DNA of 64,000 nt from Bacteroidia bacterium (GTDB lineage Bacteria > Bacteroidota > Bacteroidia > UBA7662). The notes beneath the pieces were generated by a model. The model made no database searches. It had not been told where the DNA came from and worked only from the letters and a program-made list of their open reading frames with translations. Position 1 is the stretch's first letter; every line of letters begins with the position of its first letter. The DNA is taken from the NCBI GenBank assembly GCA_049431025.1, contig JBMTCP010000004.1, positions 17,080-81,079 on the forward strand, written 5' to 3'. The translations under genes were made by a program, and so were the position numbers. Shown here one piece after another: positions 50,744 to 60,774 of this stretch.

Positions 50744-51894
50744 TTTTGGGTATATCCCTTGAGACGCGTAATCCACAAGCCAGACTCCGGCCGGTTGTTT
50801 TGAAGCTTGGACGGGGGAACCCGCCGACCCATAGGGTCCCAAATTCCATCTTCAGGACGATCGGATCGAGCCAAGGTTTTGAGGACCTCCTCCCAAGGCA
50901 TCGATTTCCAATCATCCTCCGGGAATTCGGGAGGGATGGACGTGGTCCCTGCACCCAAAAAGAAGTTCATGATCTGCGCAGAAGCCGAGATGTCCTGGTT
51001 CACGTTCCCCAAACCAAACAACAAGGCGGTATTGCCTGGCCAGGTATGACCCCCACCCTGAACCTTGAGAAAGACAACCCGTCCGGGGATAGCCGACGAA
51101 CCCGACCCGGCGGGACCCAGGGGCGCACAGGGCGAATAGGTATTTTGTTCAACCGTTGAACCATCCCCGGTGTTCGTGTTGGGTAAGGCAAGGGTCACCG
51201 GACTTGCCGGGCAGATGGAACGGGTAACCCAGGCTTGAACGCATTGGTCCGCAGAAACATTACCGTTTCCACCAGCATAACTGACCACCGCATCCGATGT
51301 ACCGTGGATATGCATCAAACGAACCCTATAGGCCGGCGGAAGGGGTGGTGCTTGGCAAGCTGCAAAGGCGGATGTACTCATGGTTCCGGCTACCGAAGCA
51401 ACGGCCTCAAAGCGCTCCGGGCGCTCACAGGCCAGACGGTAGGACATAAATCCCCCGGCTGAGAAGCCGCAACTGTACATTCGATGGTAACGGGTTCCCC
51501 ATCGAAGCCGAATACTATCGGCCAAAGTCAGTAAAAAGCCCACATCGTCGGCCGTTGAGGCTCCAGGCATACCACTCTGGGTGTTCCAACCGTTGTTAAC
51601 GCCGTTTGGGTAGGCGATGACGGCCCTGTATTGCTGAGCCAGGCCGTTAAATCCCGTGCTGTTCAGCATGGTCGACCCAGTTTGGGTAAAACCGTGCAGT
51701 ACCAAAACCAGGGGCAAAGAGTCCGCAGGTTGGGTACCAGGCGGTACATAAACCTGGGCCGTACGGGTAATACCCCCGTGCTGAAAGGTCAGGGTGGTGG
51801 TTTGTGCCTTGGAATGAAAAGTGGCCGTCAAGAACAGAATGGCAAAAAAGGCCTTCCAACGCCCAAATGGTTGAATTGCGAAAGTTATTAACAT
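50725..51894 (-). CDS. PHB-depolymerase/LpqC-family esterase (secreted alpha/beta hydrolase)
   Basis: Signal peptide; VLVLHGFTQTGSTMLNSTGFN...YSCGFSAGGFMSYRLAC (GxSxG nucleophile elbow as GFSAG). Confidence 0.7.
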   Translation of the reverse strand: MLITFAIQPFGRWKAFFAILFLTATFHSKAQTTTLTFQHGGITRTAQVYVPPGTQPADSLPLVLVLHGFTQTGSTMLNSTGFNGLAQQYRAVIAYPNGVNNGWNTQSGMPGASTADDVGFLLTLADSIRLRWGTRYHRMYSCGFSAGGFMSYRLACERPERFEAVASVAGTMSTSAFAACQAPPLPPAYRVRLMHIHGTSDAVVSYAGGNGNVSADQCVQAWVTRSICPASPVTLALPNTNTGDGSTVEQNTYSPCAPLGPAGSGSSAIPGRVVFLKVQGGGHTWPGNTALLFGLGNVNQDISASAQIMNFFLGAGTTSIPPEFPEDDWKSMPWEEVLKTLARSDRPEDGIWDPMGRRVPPSKLQNNRPESGLWITRLKGYTQKWFLLP

Positions 51895-51964
51895 TTTAGG
51901 GGCTTTGATTAGTACCGGACGCGCTCAAAGGTAATTTAGGGATATAAAAATAACCGTTGAACTT

Positions 51965-54900
51965 ATGAATACGAACCTTAGGCTTTGGACTACCTTTCTC
52001 TGGATTTTTTTGGGATTTTTGGGTCTCAGTGAACGAGTTTTTGCTCAAACAACTTTTACCCAAACCTACAGCTTGGGTGATATAGGAGGGCCTGCCGATT
52101 ACAGTTTAGCGACCCCGACCACCTGTCCAGGTACTTTGACCTTCAACAATATTCCGTTAGGCATGCGGGTGGATTCGGTACAGGTTACCTACAACTTCTT
52201 TACCAGCATGGCAGGATTTGGGCAACCCAGTATGCAACGATCCTATCTACGTTGCCCGACAACGGGGGTGCACGAAACCCAGTTAACAGCCCCTTCGGGA
52301 ACAGGCGTAGGAACCACCAACTCCTATTCAAGGACAGTTTCCATAGCCAATGGCTTTGTTACGGGACCCTTAACCTTGGAATTGCACTGTGGATCCGCTG
52401 ACCCGTTGTCATTTAGCAGCTGTAGCAGCTCCAACAATGTTGTACTCAACAATTCTTGGACGGTTACGGTCTACACCAGTTCCGGCATTCCCTCCTTTGT
52501 ACCAACAAACGGTTTGTTGGCCTATTATCCGTTCGATGGCAGTCCCAACGATGCCACCTCCGGCAATAACCACCTCAATACTTTTGGAGGTATTGCTTTG
52601 ACCACGGACCGGAACAATACCCCCAATTCAGCCTACGCTTTTGATGGGGTTGATGATTATTTGGTCGATACCCCGTCGTTTACAATGTCCCAAAACGGTA
52701 GCTTTAGTTATTCGGTTTGGCTTCGTAAAGACTCCATCGTTGGAATAACCCTGATGCATGGCAATTCAACCACTGGTAATTTTGTAACGCTCATCGGTGG
52801 TTCTAGCCAAGTTCAATTTGGAACAAATCAACAAGGTTCCGCCTGGGTATGGGCCCTAGCTCCGCTCACCTTGGGGTCGTGGGATCATTACGTCTGCACC
52901 TACGATGGTGTCACCAAGGCGATGCAAATCTTCCGAAATGGTCTTTTGGCAGGCAGTGCAACTTACACTTATACCGCAGCGGTTGCAGCTGTACAACCGC
53001 TCTTTATTGGAAGAGGAATTGGTGGGGCTGGAACGTATTTTAAAGGAAAAATAGACGACATCGGGATTTGGGACCGCACCCTTACGAACCAGGAAATTGT
53101 TGCTTTGTACTCTGGAGGAGGTCGAGATGCTCGTGTTCAAGCCATAACAGCCCCATTAATTGTTAACCAAGGCCAAAACAACCTTACCGTCCGAATTCAA
53201 AATTCAGGATCCGACACCATCTTCAATGCCCAATTGTCGTATCAGGTCAATCAAGGAAACCCCGTATCGGTAAACCACACCTTTGTACCTGCCTTAGCAC
53301 CAACCGATACATTACTGTACACCTTTGCTACTCCATTTACTGTAAGTGGAAATAACAATATCCAATTACAGGCTTGGATCAGCAATACAAACGGTCTCGG
53401 CGCAGACATTAACCCAAACAACGATACCGCAAGCGCCAACGCTTGCGTTGGATTAACCGGTTCATTCACCGTTGGTGCTGGCGGGGATTTTAGCTCTCTC
53501 GATGCCGCGATAACACAACTTAATTCCTGCGGTGCTTCGGGCCCCGTAACCTTTAACCTATTGCCAGGAACCCATACCGGAACATCGACGATTACGGCTT
53601 TTGCTGGATCCTCAAACGGTTTAACCCTGCAATCTTCAACAGGGATTCGTGACGATGTTGTCCTAACCAACGGCTTATCCGTCGGGCATGTATTGTTTTT
53701 GAACAATGCCCAGAACCTTACCCTTCAACACCTAACACTACGCCTACAATATCCAAGTACCGCTCCTACTGCCCAAATTTCGGCACTTAATATCAGTGGG
53801 GGTAGCAGCATTACGGTAAATAATTGCTCCTTTCAGGCTGACTCCATTGCGACAAGCTCGTTTAACAGAAATATTAGTGTTGCCAATTGTCAAAATCTGT
53901 TAATTCAAAACTCTTTAATTCGGGATGGTTATTACGGAATTTACCATACCGGATCTACGTCCCCGGCTTATTCGCTAAATAATCGATTTCTTGGTAACAC
54001 TTTTTCTAATCAATATTTTTATGGAGCCTATTTTGTTCGAATGGGCGGTATTGAATTCACGGGTAATACCATCAACAGCGCCCGAACAGGTTCAACAGGA
54101 ACCACCAGCAACTACGCCTTACGGATGGATAATTGCAAAGGACTAGACATCTCCAGTAATCAAATTCTTGGAACGTTTGGTGCCTATGGTATTTACCTAA
54201 GCAATTGCCAAATGGACACGCTTAATAACCGCAGAAATTTATTGTTCAATAACGTGTTATCAGCGAATTTCACGAATACAACAGCACCCCGCGCGCTGTT
54301 TATTGCATTATCAACCACGGATGGTTTAGATGCCTTGGAGGTTGCTCATAACAGTTTTGAAGTGCGTAGTGCCTTAACTTCAGCGACCGCTGCGGGTGTT
54401 ATCACCATAAGCGGTAGTACATCGACCACCGTAACCAATACCCTTGCTTATTTCGGATTCTGGAATAATTCCGTCGAATTAATTCGCACCTCCGGAACGG
54501 CGACCGGTACCTCCCTCATGTACTATCTAGGCCATAATGTGGTATCCAATACTTTTGCTAACAATAATTTGTATTTTTTTGGCAATCAACTTACTGGTTC
54601 TTTATTTAAGGAAAGGGTAAGTTCTACCCTGACCAACGCTCTGGACCTAGCCTCGTGGCAAGCCAATACCGCTAAGGACCTAAATTCCATCAATGCGGAT
54701 CCGTTGTACACCTCATCGACTAACCTTATGCCCATCAGCACCTCACCCCTTCGGGATGCGGGAACTGTGTTGACATGGGTCCCAACGGATATAAACGGAA
54801 CACCCAGGGATGCAACACCCGATATCGGTGCATACGAAGTGGTCCTGGCTGCCACCGATTTGAGCGCATTTTCTATGGTCAACCCTGCCCAGCAACAATT

Positions 54901-57900
54901 AACACCCGGACAATCCTACCCCATTTCCTTCCGTTTACTTAACAGCGGTAGCTCGCCTATCACGACGGCCACATTGGGGTACCAAATTGATAACAACCCC
55001 GCGGTTACCGCCAGCTTCACGGCTTCTTCACCCCTGGTGCCCAATGATTCCGCTACGTTCACTTTTAGTGGTCCGGGATTAATTGCCCCCAATTCCGGTA
55101 CGATTACGCTCAAGGTATGGACAGCATCACCCAACGGCGGTACGGACGGAAATCCTTCCAACGACACCTTAACCACGACGTATTGTATTGCTCTGAACGG
55201 GACCTACCTCGTAGGGGCCGTGACAGGAGCCGATTTCCCTAGCCCGGCTGATGCTTTGGCCGTCGTTAATTCTTGCGGTATTTCAGGACCGGTTACCTTG
55301 TCCATTGCCCCAGGCACTTACGCAGGTAATCTTGCCTTAGGAACCTACTTTGGAACAACACATGGTATAACAATAACCTCACAGACAGGCATTGCGGCTG
55401 ACGTCGTTTTAACCAATACTGGAAGCGGCAACGCTTTTAGTTTAAACGGCGCCGCAAACGTCACGTTTTATGCCGTAACAATTGCTAATCCAACTTTACC
55501 TTCATCAGGCGCTGTAGCTTGTATTGATATGATTGGCTGCACCAACATCACGGTGAGTAATTGTATTCTTCGAGGAGATCCATTGAGCACCAGTTCCAAC
55601 AACAGGGCCTTGTACATCAGTGGATCGAATCAGATTAACCTTACGGGCAACCAAATTTCTGATGCCTACTACGGTATCTATGTTACAGCCACCTCACCTG
55701 CCTTTTCCAGCGATTACCAGATTACCGGTAATCAAATGAGCAATTTATATTATTACGGATTTTTCTTTAGTCGATGCCAAAACGTTCAAGTCATCGCTAA
55801 TAAACTGACCGGTGCAGGGACTACCTACTACGGTTACTATGCGGTAACCTCCATGGGTATGGTTTTTCGTGAAAACGAATTGTACGGTAACATGAATTTT
55901 TATGGTTACTACTTCTCCAACCTTACCGGTTCTCCAAGTATGCCGAACCAGCTTATCAACAATGTCATGTCTTGTAATTTTTCGGCAGCAACTCCACGTG
56001 CACTTTACCTGACCGCCAGCACAACCGATGGTCTGGATTACCTCGAAATGCACCATAACAGTTTTGAGGCAAGAATAAACAGCAGCTCTACCACAGCAAA
56101 CGGGATTCTTTACTTCACTGGAGGATCGGCAACGGCACCGGCTGTTAGCCGAATTTTGATGCAAAACAATATCTTCCGCATTGTCCGGGCCGGAGGGACC
56201 TTTTCTTCGACGGGGATCTATTATTTCTCAGGAAATTGGATCATTGACTCAACAATTTCGGATTATAATATTCTCCACTTTGATGGCCAAGGCACATCGC
56301 CCATGGTAAGGGTTTCGGCTACTAATTATTCGATCGCGAGTTGGAGAACCTCTTTTGCCGAAGACCTCAACTCCTTGGATGTAGACCCTTTGTTTAGTGG
56401 ACTCAATAACCTTACGCCTTTTGGGCTCTCACCTGCCCGCAATGCGGGTACACCAAGCTTTGTGACCACCGATATTGCAGGCAATTTGCGCGATGCCAAC
56501 CCCGATATGGGGGCCTACGAAATTCAAATGGGAGCGGCGGATGTTTTTGTTGAAACAATCCTTAGCCCACCCGGTATCGTGCAACCCTCCACCAATTACC
56601 CGGTTACAACTCGAATCATCAACGCTTCCCTTACTCCGTTGACCTCGGTACGTTTGCATTACCAATTGGTTTCGCAGCCAGAAGTTGTACAGGTATTTCC
56701 CATCAACGTACTGAGCGGCGATAGTGTTGATTTAACCTTTACCCAACCCTTGACGACACCGGCTTCGGGAAGTCTTCGTTTGACCGTTTGGTCTGATTTG
56801 CCCAATGGCGCGAATGACGCTAATCCGGGGAACGATACCGCGCGGGTATTGTTGTGCCAACCGCTGAATACCGGAACTTATTCCGTCGGCCAATCATCCG
56901 GCAACGATTTTAACAGCTTTTCCGACTTGTTTGAAGTTCTTGGATGCGGGGGTGTTTCGGGTTCGGTTGTTATTCAACTCAATGCCGACAATAATCTTTT
57001 GAACGAACAAATTATTATACCAGCAATACCCGGGTTGAGCGCCAGCAATCCCCTAATCCTTGACGGTATGGGAGATACAATTTCAGCGGCCAATAGCCAG
57101 GCAAGTTTGGGCGTTTTTGGCTTTTTGAACGCCAAACATGTTATTGTTCGGAATTTTGTCATTCAGACCTCGGGCACGGCCACTGGGGTCATTTTTGCAA
57201 ATTCCGACTCTTGCGGTCTGATTAGAAACACAATTCTTGCCAATACGACTTCAACTTCATCCACTGTGAACGGAATTGTTACCAGCGGTTCGCTCACGTC
57301 AACGACCACTGCTTCGTTAAGCAACGGTTTGCTCATCGATTCCAATTTTATTCAGGGAGGTTATTATGGAATACGTTTGTACGGTGACGCGGGTCAATAT
57401 GGTTCATCGAATACCCTAAGCAACAATGTGTTTTCTGACTTTTACATATATGGAGTCTACACTTATTACCAGGATGGGGCTAAAATTCGTAACAACGACA
57501 TCAGTAGGCCTAGCAGAACTACTTTGACAACATTCTATGGCATTTATAACCTGTATTTCTTGCGTGGGGAAATATCCGGTAACCGTGTACACAACGGTTT
57601 TGGAACCAACCCTTCAGGAACCTCAACGGTATATGGAATTTATATTTCCAATTCACCATCACCGGCGAATCAGCCCAACTTGATTTTTAATAACCTTGTT
57701 CATAACATAACCAACGGAACCGGATCTATTTACGGTGTTTACAATACCAGTTCATCCAATACCCACTGGTATCATAACACCTTGATTTTTGACCAAGCAT
57801 CCAGCGCATCCGGTTTGGTTTACGGTGCATATTTCCTAGGGACTGGTAACAACAATCATTTCAAAAACAATATTGTTTCCATTAGTCGCGGTGGCTCCGG

Positions 57901-60742
57901 TACTAAGTACTGCATATACTACATAGGTACTTCCGGGATGATTTCGGATAACAATGCTTTGCATATGGGATCGACTACCGGTACCGTGGGCATTGGCTTT
58001 AACGGTTCGGCGCAAACAAGTCTTGCCGCTTGGAGAACTGCGTCAGGTGGGCTTTTTGATATGAATTCCACGGATGCGGATCCGCTGTTTGCATCAACGA
58101 CCATTCTGCCTTTGATGCCAACCAACTGGCCACTCAACAATATCGGCGAAAACTTGGGCAACCTGGTTCCGCTCGACTTTGGAGGTCAAACAAGGTCCCT
58201 GTCCCCGGACCCAGGAGCCTACGAATTCACCGTCAACGGGTGTTTTGGCCTTTTGAATCTAAGAGCTGATCAGATACAAGCCTATAGCGGTCGAATCCTT
58301 TGGGCATCCGCTGCTCCGCAATGGGATTTGGAATACGGATTGGCGGGCTTTGCCCAAGGTAGCGGTACTTCTCTAATCTTAAGTCAATCCAATGCCGTTC
58401 TCACCGGGTTGTTGCCGAATACAACGTACCAAGTCTATGTCCGTGAGGCAGGCTGCAGTGGCGGTCCGGGGGCCTGGTCGACGATCGGCTTCACCACGGG
58501 TAGGGATTTTGATTTATCAGCCGTGGATCTAATTGCCCCCTTTAGTGGTCAGTGCACCAACGCGAGTTTACCGGTTCGAATGGTCGTGGCCAATACAGGC
58601 CTCCTGCCGATGACGGGTTATACCGGTAGGGTTAGGGTCAGCGGTCCCACCAATGCCACTATTACCGCCACGACAACCAACACCCTTGCTCCAGGTCAAA
58701 AAGACACCCTTCTGGTGGGCAACCTTAATCTCTTCCCAGGCCGCTTGGCTTCGTTTGAGGTTACGGTAAGCAACCCAACAGACCTATTCCGTTTCAACGA
58801 TACCCTGGATATCGACAAAGAATTTATTGGTGTTGATGCAGGACAGGACACGACCATAACACCAGGCGATACCGCAACCTTGTACGCCGGTATTTTTGGT
58901 TTCGCTTCCAGTTCAGTCTTGAACGCTGCACCAGGCGCTAACAACGGTTCTGGAGGTGTATCGTTCAATGTTCGCGCTCTTCAAACGGCCTACTTGGATA
59001 CCATTTACACCAATATTTACGGAACCCTCGGGAATCCCTGCACCGTAAGTTTATGGTACATCCCATCAGCCATCAACGGAACTCCCAATATCTCCACCGC
59101 TGGAGGTTGGACCCAAGTTCATTCAGCCTATGCGACCACGGTAGGAAATTCAACTTTTACCAATGCTTTGGCCAATACGGCCATTCCTTTGCCTGCTGGC
59201 TTTAATATCCCTGCTGGTTCTACCTACGGATTTTTCTTGCAAGTAACCGGCGGTAGTACCGCCTATAAAACTTGGGCAACAGGAACGGTGGACACGTTCG
59301 CAAACAACGCTATCGTGATTTACACCGGAACCAATATTGGCTACGGTGGAACGGCTCCTTCGCCTGTCAACCACCCTCGTCAATTCTGCGGTGCCGTCTC
59401 CGTGCGCAATCGTGCCGTTGTCGAGTGGACAGAACAAGGTTCATCGACCGTTTTGGGTACAGGTACCACCCTGCGGGTTGCGCCATCGGTTACCACAACC
59501 TACGTCGCCACCCTGGTGGATAGCCTCTGCCCATCCTCCGATGCCGTAACTGTATTCAGTGGAACAGTTAACGAAATCACCGGTTTGTTCCGATACAATA
59601 ACACGGCCCAAACCATCATGACCAACAGCAGTGTGCAGCTCAAGGATCCCCAAAACGTGGTGGTCATGACGGCGCCTACCGATGCGACCGGTGCCTTCCA
59701 TCTTCTCCCGGTTGCACCAGGGTCCTATACCCTGACCGGTACAACCGGTAAGCCTTGGGGCGGTGTCAATTCGGTGGATGCCTTGGGTATTTCACGTAGT
59801 TTCACGGGGGCTGCTCCTTTGGCGGGATTACGACTCAAAGCAGCCGATGTCAACGGATCCAATACGGTCAATTCGTTGGATGCCTTGACCACATCGCGCC
59901 GATTCTCAGGTTCGGTAACATCCTTCTCGGTAGGCAATTGGGCCATCGAAAATCTTCCAATCACCTTTAGCTCGGGAACCATCACCCGCAATTTGCTGGC
60001 CATTTGTTACGGCGATGTGAACGGGTCCTACAATCCCAGCACAGCCCTGCGCCAAGAACCCAAATTGAATCTTGTTCAAGGTGGAACCCAAATCATAGAA
60101 AGCGAGGGTCTGGTCAGAAACTGGGTTTGGTCCGCAGATCGTCCGATGACCTTGGGAGCCTTGGCCATCGTCGTTACCCTACCCGAAGGGGTGGTGGTCG
60201 ATGCGGCCCGTTCAAGAATGGATAATGGATTTTTTGATTACCATCAAAACGGACGCGAGCTGCGCATCTCCTGGTACAGTTTGGAAGAAAACCAGCGTAA
60301 AACCGGAGAACCCATTCTTGAATTGGATCTGAGCGGGGTACCCCAGCATGGGCTAAGCCCAGACCAACTGATCGTGGAGGAATTAAGCGAAGCCGCCTCC
60401 CCCTTGGCCGAAGTCTATGATTTAACCACCCTACGACTTCCCTCCTTGAGCGCTGGTTCCGATTTGGCCTGCAGCCTGTACCCTAACCCCAGCCAAGGAA
60501 ACAGCATCCTTCGTATGCGCGTTCCTTTTGATGGCAACGCCCAAATTAAAATCTGGGACGGACTAGGGCGTTTGGTAGCTCAAACCAAAGAAGCCAAGGT
60601 AATGACAGGGACTTCAACGATGGAATTGCCCCTTGAAAATCTCGCTCAAGGTCTTTACCGTGTCGATGTCACTGTGATTCCGGAGGATATGCGTCGCCAC
60701 AAGGTTCAACATGCTAACCTACCGTTTGAAATTAAGCCCTAG
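51965..60742 (+). CDS. Giant (2925 aa) multidomain T9SS-secreted protein: signal peptide, LamG-like lectin domain, 3x(CARDB-like Ig + right-handed beta-helix) modules, FN3-like, further Ig-like domains, dockerin-like Ca-binding repeats, type-A CTD
   Basis: Single uninterrupted ORF. LamG motif AFDGVDDYL...KGKIDDIGIWDRTL. CARDB motifs ...NSGS.... PbH1-like N-rich repeats ending DIGAYE/DMGAYE/DPGAYE. FN3-like LPNTTYQVYVREAGCSGGPGAWS. Dockerin-like ADVNGSNTVNSLDAL. CTD LYPNPSQGNSILRMRV...GLYRVDVTV. Confidence 0.85.
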   Translation: MNTNLRLWTTFLWIFLGFLGLSERVFAQTTFTQTYSLGDIGGPADYSLATPTTCPGTLTFNNIPLGMRVDSVQVTYNFFTSMAGFGQPSMQRSYLRCPTTGVHETQLTAPSGTGVGTTNSYSRTVSIANGFVTGPLTLELHCGSADPLSFSSCSSSNNVVLNNSWTVTVYTSSGIPSFVPTNGLLAYYPFDGSPNDATSGNNHLNTFGGIALTTDRNNTPNSAYAFDGVDDYLVDTPSFTMSQNGSFSYSVWLRKDSIVGITLMHGNSTTGNFVTLIGGSSQVQFGTNQQGSAWVWALAPLTLGSWDHYVCTYDGVTKAMQIFRNGLLAGSATYTYTAAVAAVQPLFIGRGIGGAGTYFKGKIDDIGIWDRTLTNQEIVALYSGGGRDARVQAITAPLIVNQGQNNLTVRIQNSGSDTIFNAQLSYQVNQGNPVSVNHTFVPALAPTDTLLYTFATPFTVSGNNNIQLQAWISNTNGLGADINPNNDTASANACVGLTGSFTVGAGGDFSSLDAAITQLNSCGASGPVTFNLLPGTHTGTSTITAFAGSSNGLTLQSSTGIRDDVVLTNGLSVGHVLFLNNAQNLTLQHLTLRLQYPSTAPTAQISALNISGGSSITVNNCSFQADSIATSSFNRNISVANCQNLLIQNSLIRDGYYGIYHTGSTSPAYSLNNRFLGNTFSNQYFYGAYFVRMGGIEFTGNTINSARTGSTGTTSNYALRMDNCKGLDISSNQILGTFGAYGIYLSNCQMDTLNNRRNLLFNNVLSANFTNTTAPRALFIALSTTDGLDALEVAHNSFEVRSALTSATAAGVITISGSTSTTVTNTLAYFGFWNNSVELIRTSGTATGTSLMYYLGHNVVSNTFANNNLYFFGNQLTGSLFKERVSSTLTNALDLASWQANTAKDLNSINADPLYTSSTNLMPISTSPLRDAGTVLTWVPTDINGTPRDATPDIGAYEVVLAATDLSAFSMVNPAQQQLTPGQSYPISFRLLNSGSSPITTATLGYQIDNNPAVTASFTASSPLVPNDSATFTFSGPGLIAPNSGTITLKVWTASPNGGTDGNPSNDTLTTTYCIALNGTYLVGAVTGADFPSPADALAVVNSCGISGPVTLSIAPGTYAGNLALGTYFGTTHGITITSQTGIAADVVLTNTGSGNAFSLNGAANVTFYAVTIANPTLPSSGAVACIDMIGCTNITVSNCILRGDPLSTSSNNRALYISGSNQINLTGNQISDAYYGIYVTATSPAFSSDYQITGNQMSNLYYYGFFFSRCQNVQVIANKLTGAGTTYYGYYAVTSMGMVFRENELYGNMNFYGYYFSNLTGSPSMPNQLINNVMSCNFSAATPRALYLTASTTDGLDYLEMHHNSFEARINSSSTTANGILYFTGGSATAPAVSRILMQNNIFRIVRAGGTFSSTGIYYFSGNWIIDSTISDYNILHFDGQGTSPMVRVSATNYSIASWRTSFAEDLNSLDVDPLFSGLNNLTPFGLSPARNAGTPSFVTTDIAGNLRDANPDMGAYEIQMGAADVFVETILSPPGIVQPSTNYPVTTRIINASLTPLTSVRLHYQLVSQPEVVQVFPINVLSGDSVDLTFTQPLTTPASGSLRLTVWSDLPNGANDANPGNDTARVLLCQPLNTGTYSVGQSSGNDFNSFSDLFEVLGCGGVSGSVVIQLNADNNLLNEQIIIPAIPGLSASNPLILDGMGDTISAANSQASLGVFGFLNAKHVIVRNFVIQTSGTATGVIFANSDSCGLIRNTILANTTSTSSTVNGIVTSGSLTSTTTASLSNGLLIDSNFIQGGYYGIRLYGDAGQYGSSNTLSNNVFSDFYIYGVYTYYQDGAKIRNNDISRPSRTTLTTFYGIYNLYFLRGEISGNRVHNGFGTNPSGTSTVYGIYISNSPSPANQPNLIFNNLVHNITNGTGSIYGVYNTSSSNTHWYHNTLIFDQASSASGLVYGAYFLGTGNNNHFKNNIVSISRGGSGTKYCIYYIGTSGMISDNNALHMGSTTGTVGIGFNGSAQTSLAAWRTASGGLFDMNSTDADPLFASTTILPLMPTNWPLNNIGENLGNLVPLDFGGQTRSLSPDPGAYEFTVNGCFGLLNLRADQIQAYSGRILWASAAPQWDLEYGLAGFAQGSGTSLILSQSNAVLTGLLPNTTYQVYVREAGCSGGPGAWSTIGFTTGRDFDLSAVDLIAPFSGQCTNASLPVRMVVANTGLLPMTGYTGRVRVSGPTNATITATTTNTLAPGQKDTLLVGNLNLFPGRLASFEVTVSNPTDLFRFNDTLDIDKEFIGVDAGQDTTITPGDTATLYAGIFGFASSSVLNAAPGANNGSGGVSFNVRALQTAYLDTIYTNIYGTLGNPCTVSLWYIPSAINGTPNISTAGGWTQVHSAYATTVGNSTFTNALANTAIPLPAGFNIPAGSTYGFFLQVTGGSTAYKTWATGTVDTFANNAIVIYTGTNIGYGGTAPSPVNHPRQFCGAVSVRNRAVVEWTEQGSSTVLGTGTTLRVAPSVTTTYVATLVDSLCPSSDAVTVFSGTVNEITGLFRYNNTAQTIMTNSSVQLKDPQNVVVMTAPTDATGAFHLLPVAPGSYTLTGTTGKPWGGVNSVDALGISRSFTGAAPLAGLRLKAADVNGSNTVNSLDALTTSRRFSGSVTSFSVGNWAIENLPITFSSGTITRNLLAICYGDVNGSYNPSTALRQEPKLNLVQGGTQIIESEGLVRNWVWSADRPMTLGALAIVVTLPEGVVVDAARSRMDNGFFDYHQNGRELRISWYSLEENQRKTGEPILELDLSGVPQHGLSPDQLIVEELSEAASPLAEVYDLTTLRLPSLSAGSDLACSLYPNPSQGNSILRMRVPFDGNAQIKIWDGLGRLVAQTKEAKVMTGTSTMELPLENLAQGLYRVDVTVIPEDMRRHKVQHANLPFEIKP
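53130..58235 (+). repeat. Three tandem ~570-aa protein-level modules inside the giant ORF (approx 53130-54840, 54850-56525, 56530-58235)
   Basis: Each module starts with CARDB-like domain (RIQNSGSD.../RLLNSGSSP.../RIINASLTP...), then ...C.GxSG.V... and N/T/S-rich beta-helix, ending ...ASW(R/Q)T...DxDPLF...D..G..RD..PD(I/M)GAYE; modules are diverged (no DNA-level repeat). Confidence 0.6.
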
Positions 60743-60774
60743 CGATTCGAAGGTCCATCCGTAATTTCAAGCCC

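Noticed and set aside
51895-51964. Divergent promoter region between esterase and giant gene
   Set aside because: No convincing TAnnTTTG/-33 TTTG pair was found, and the TTTG at ~51913 has no -7 partner, so no promoter feature is reported.
53251-59701. Multiple 60-150-aa minus-strand ORFs inside the giant gene
   Set aside because: All are antisense to one continuous 8.8-kb ORF with coherent domain structure. They are spurious shadow ORFs.
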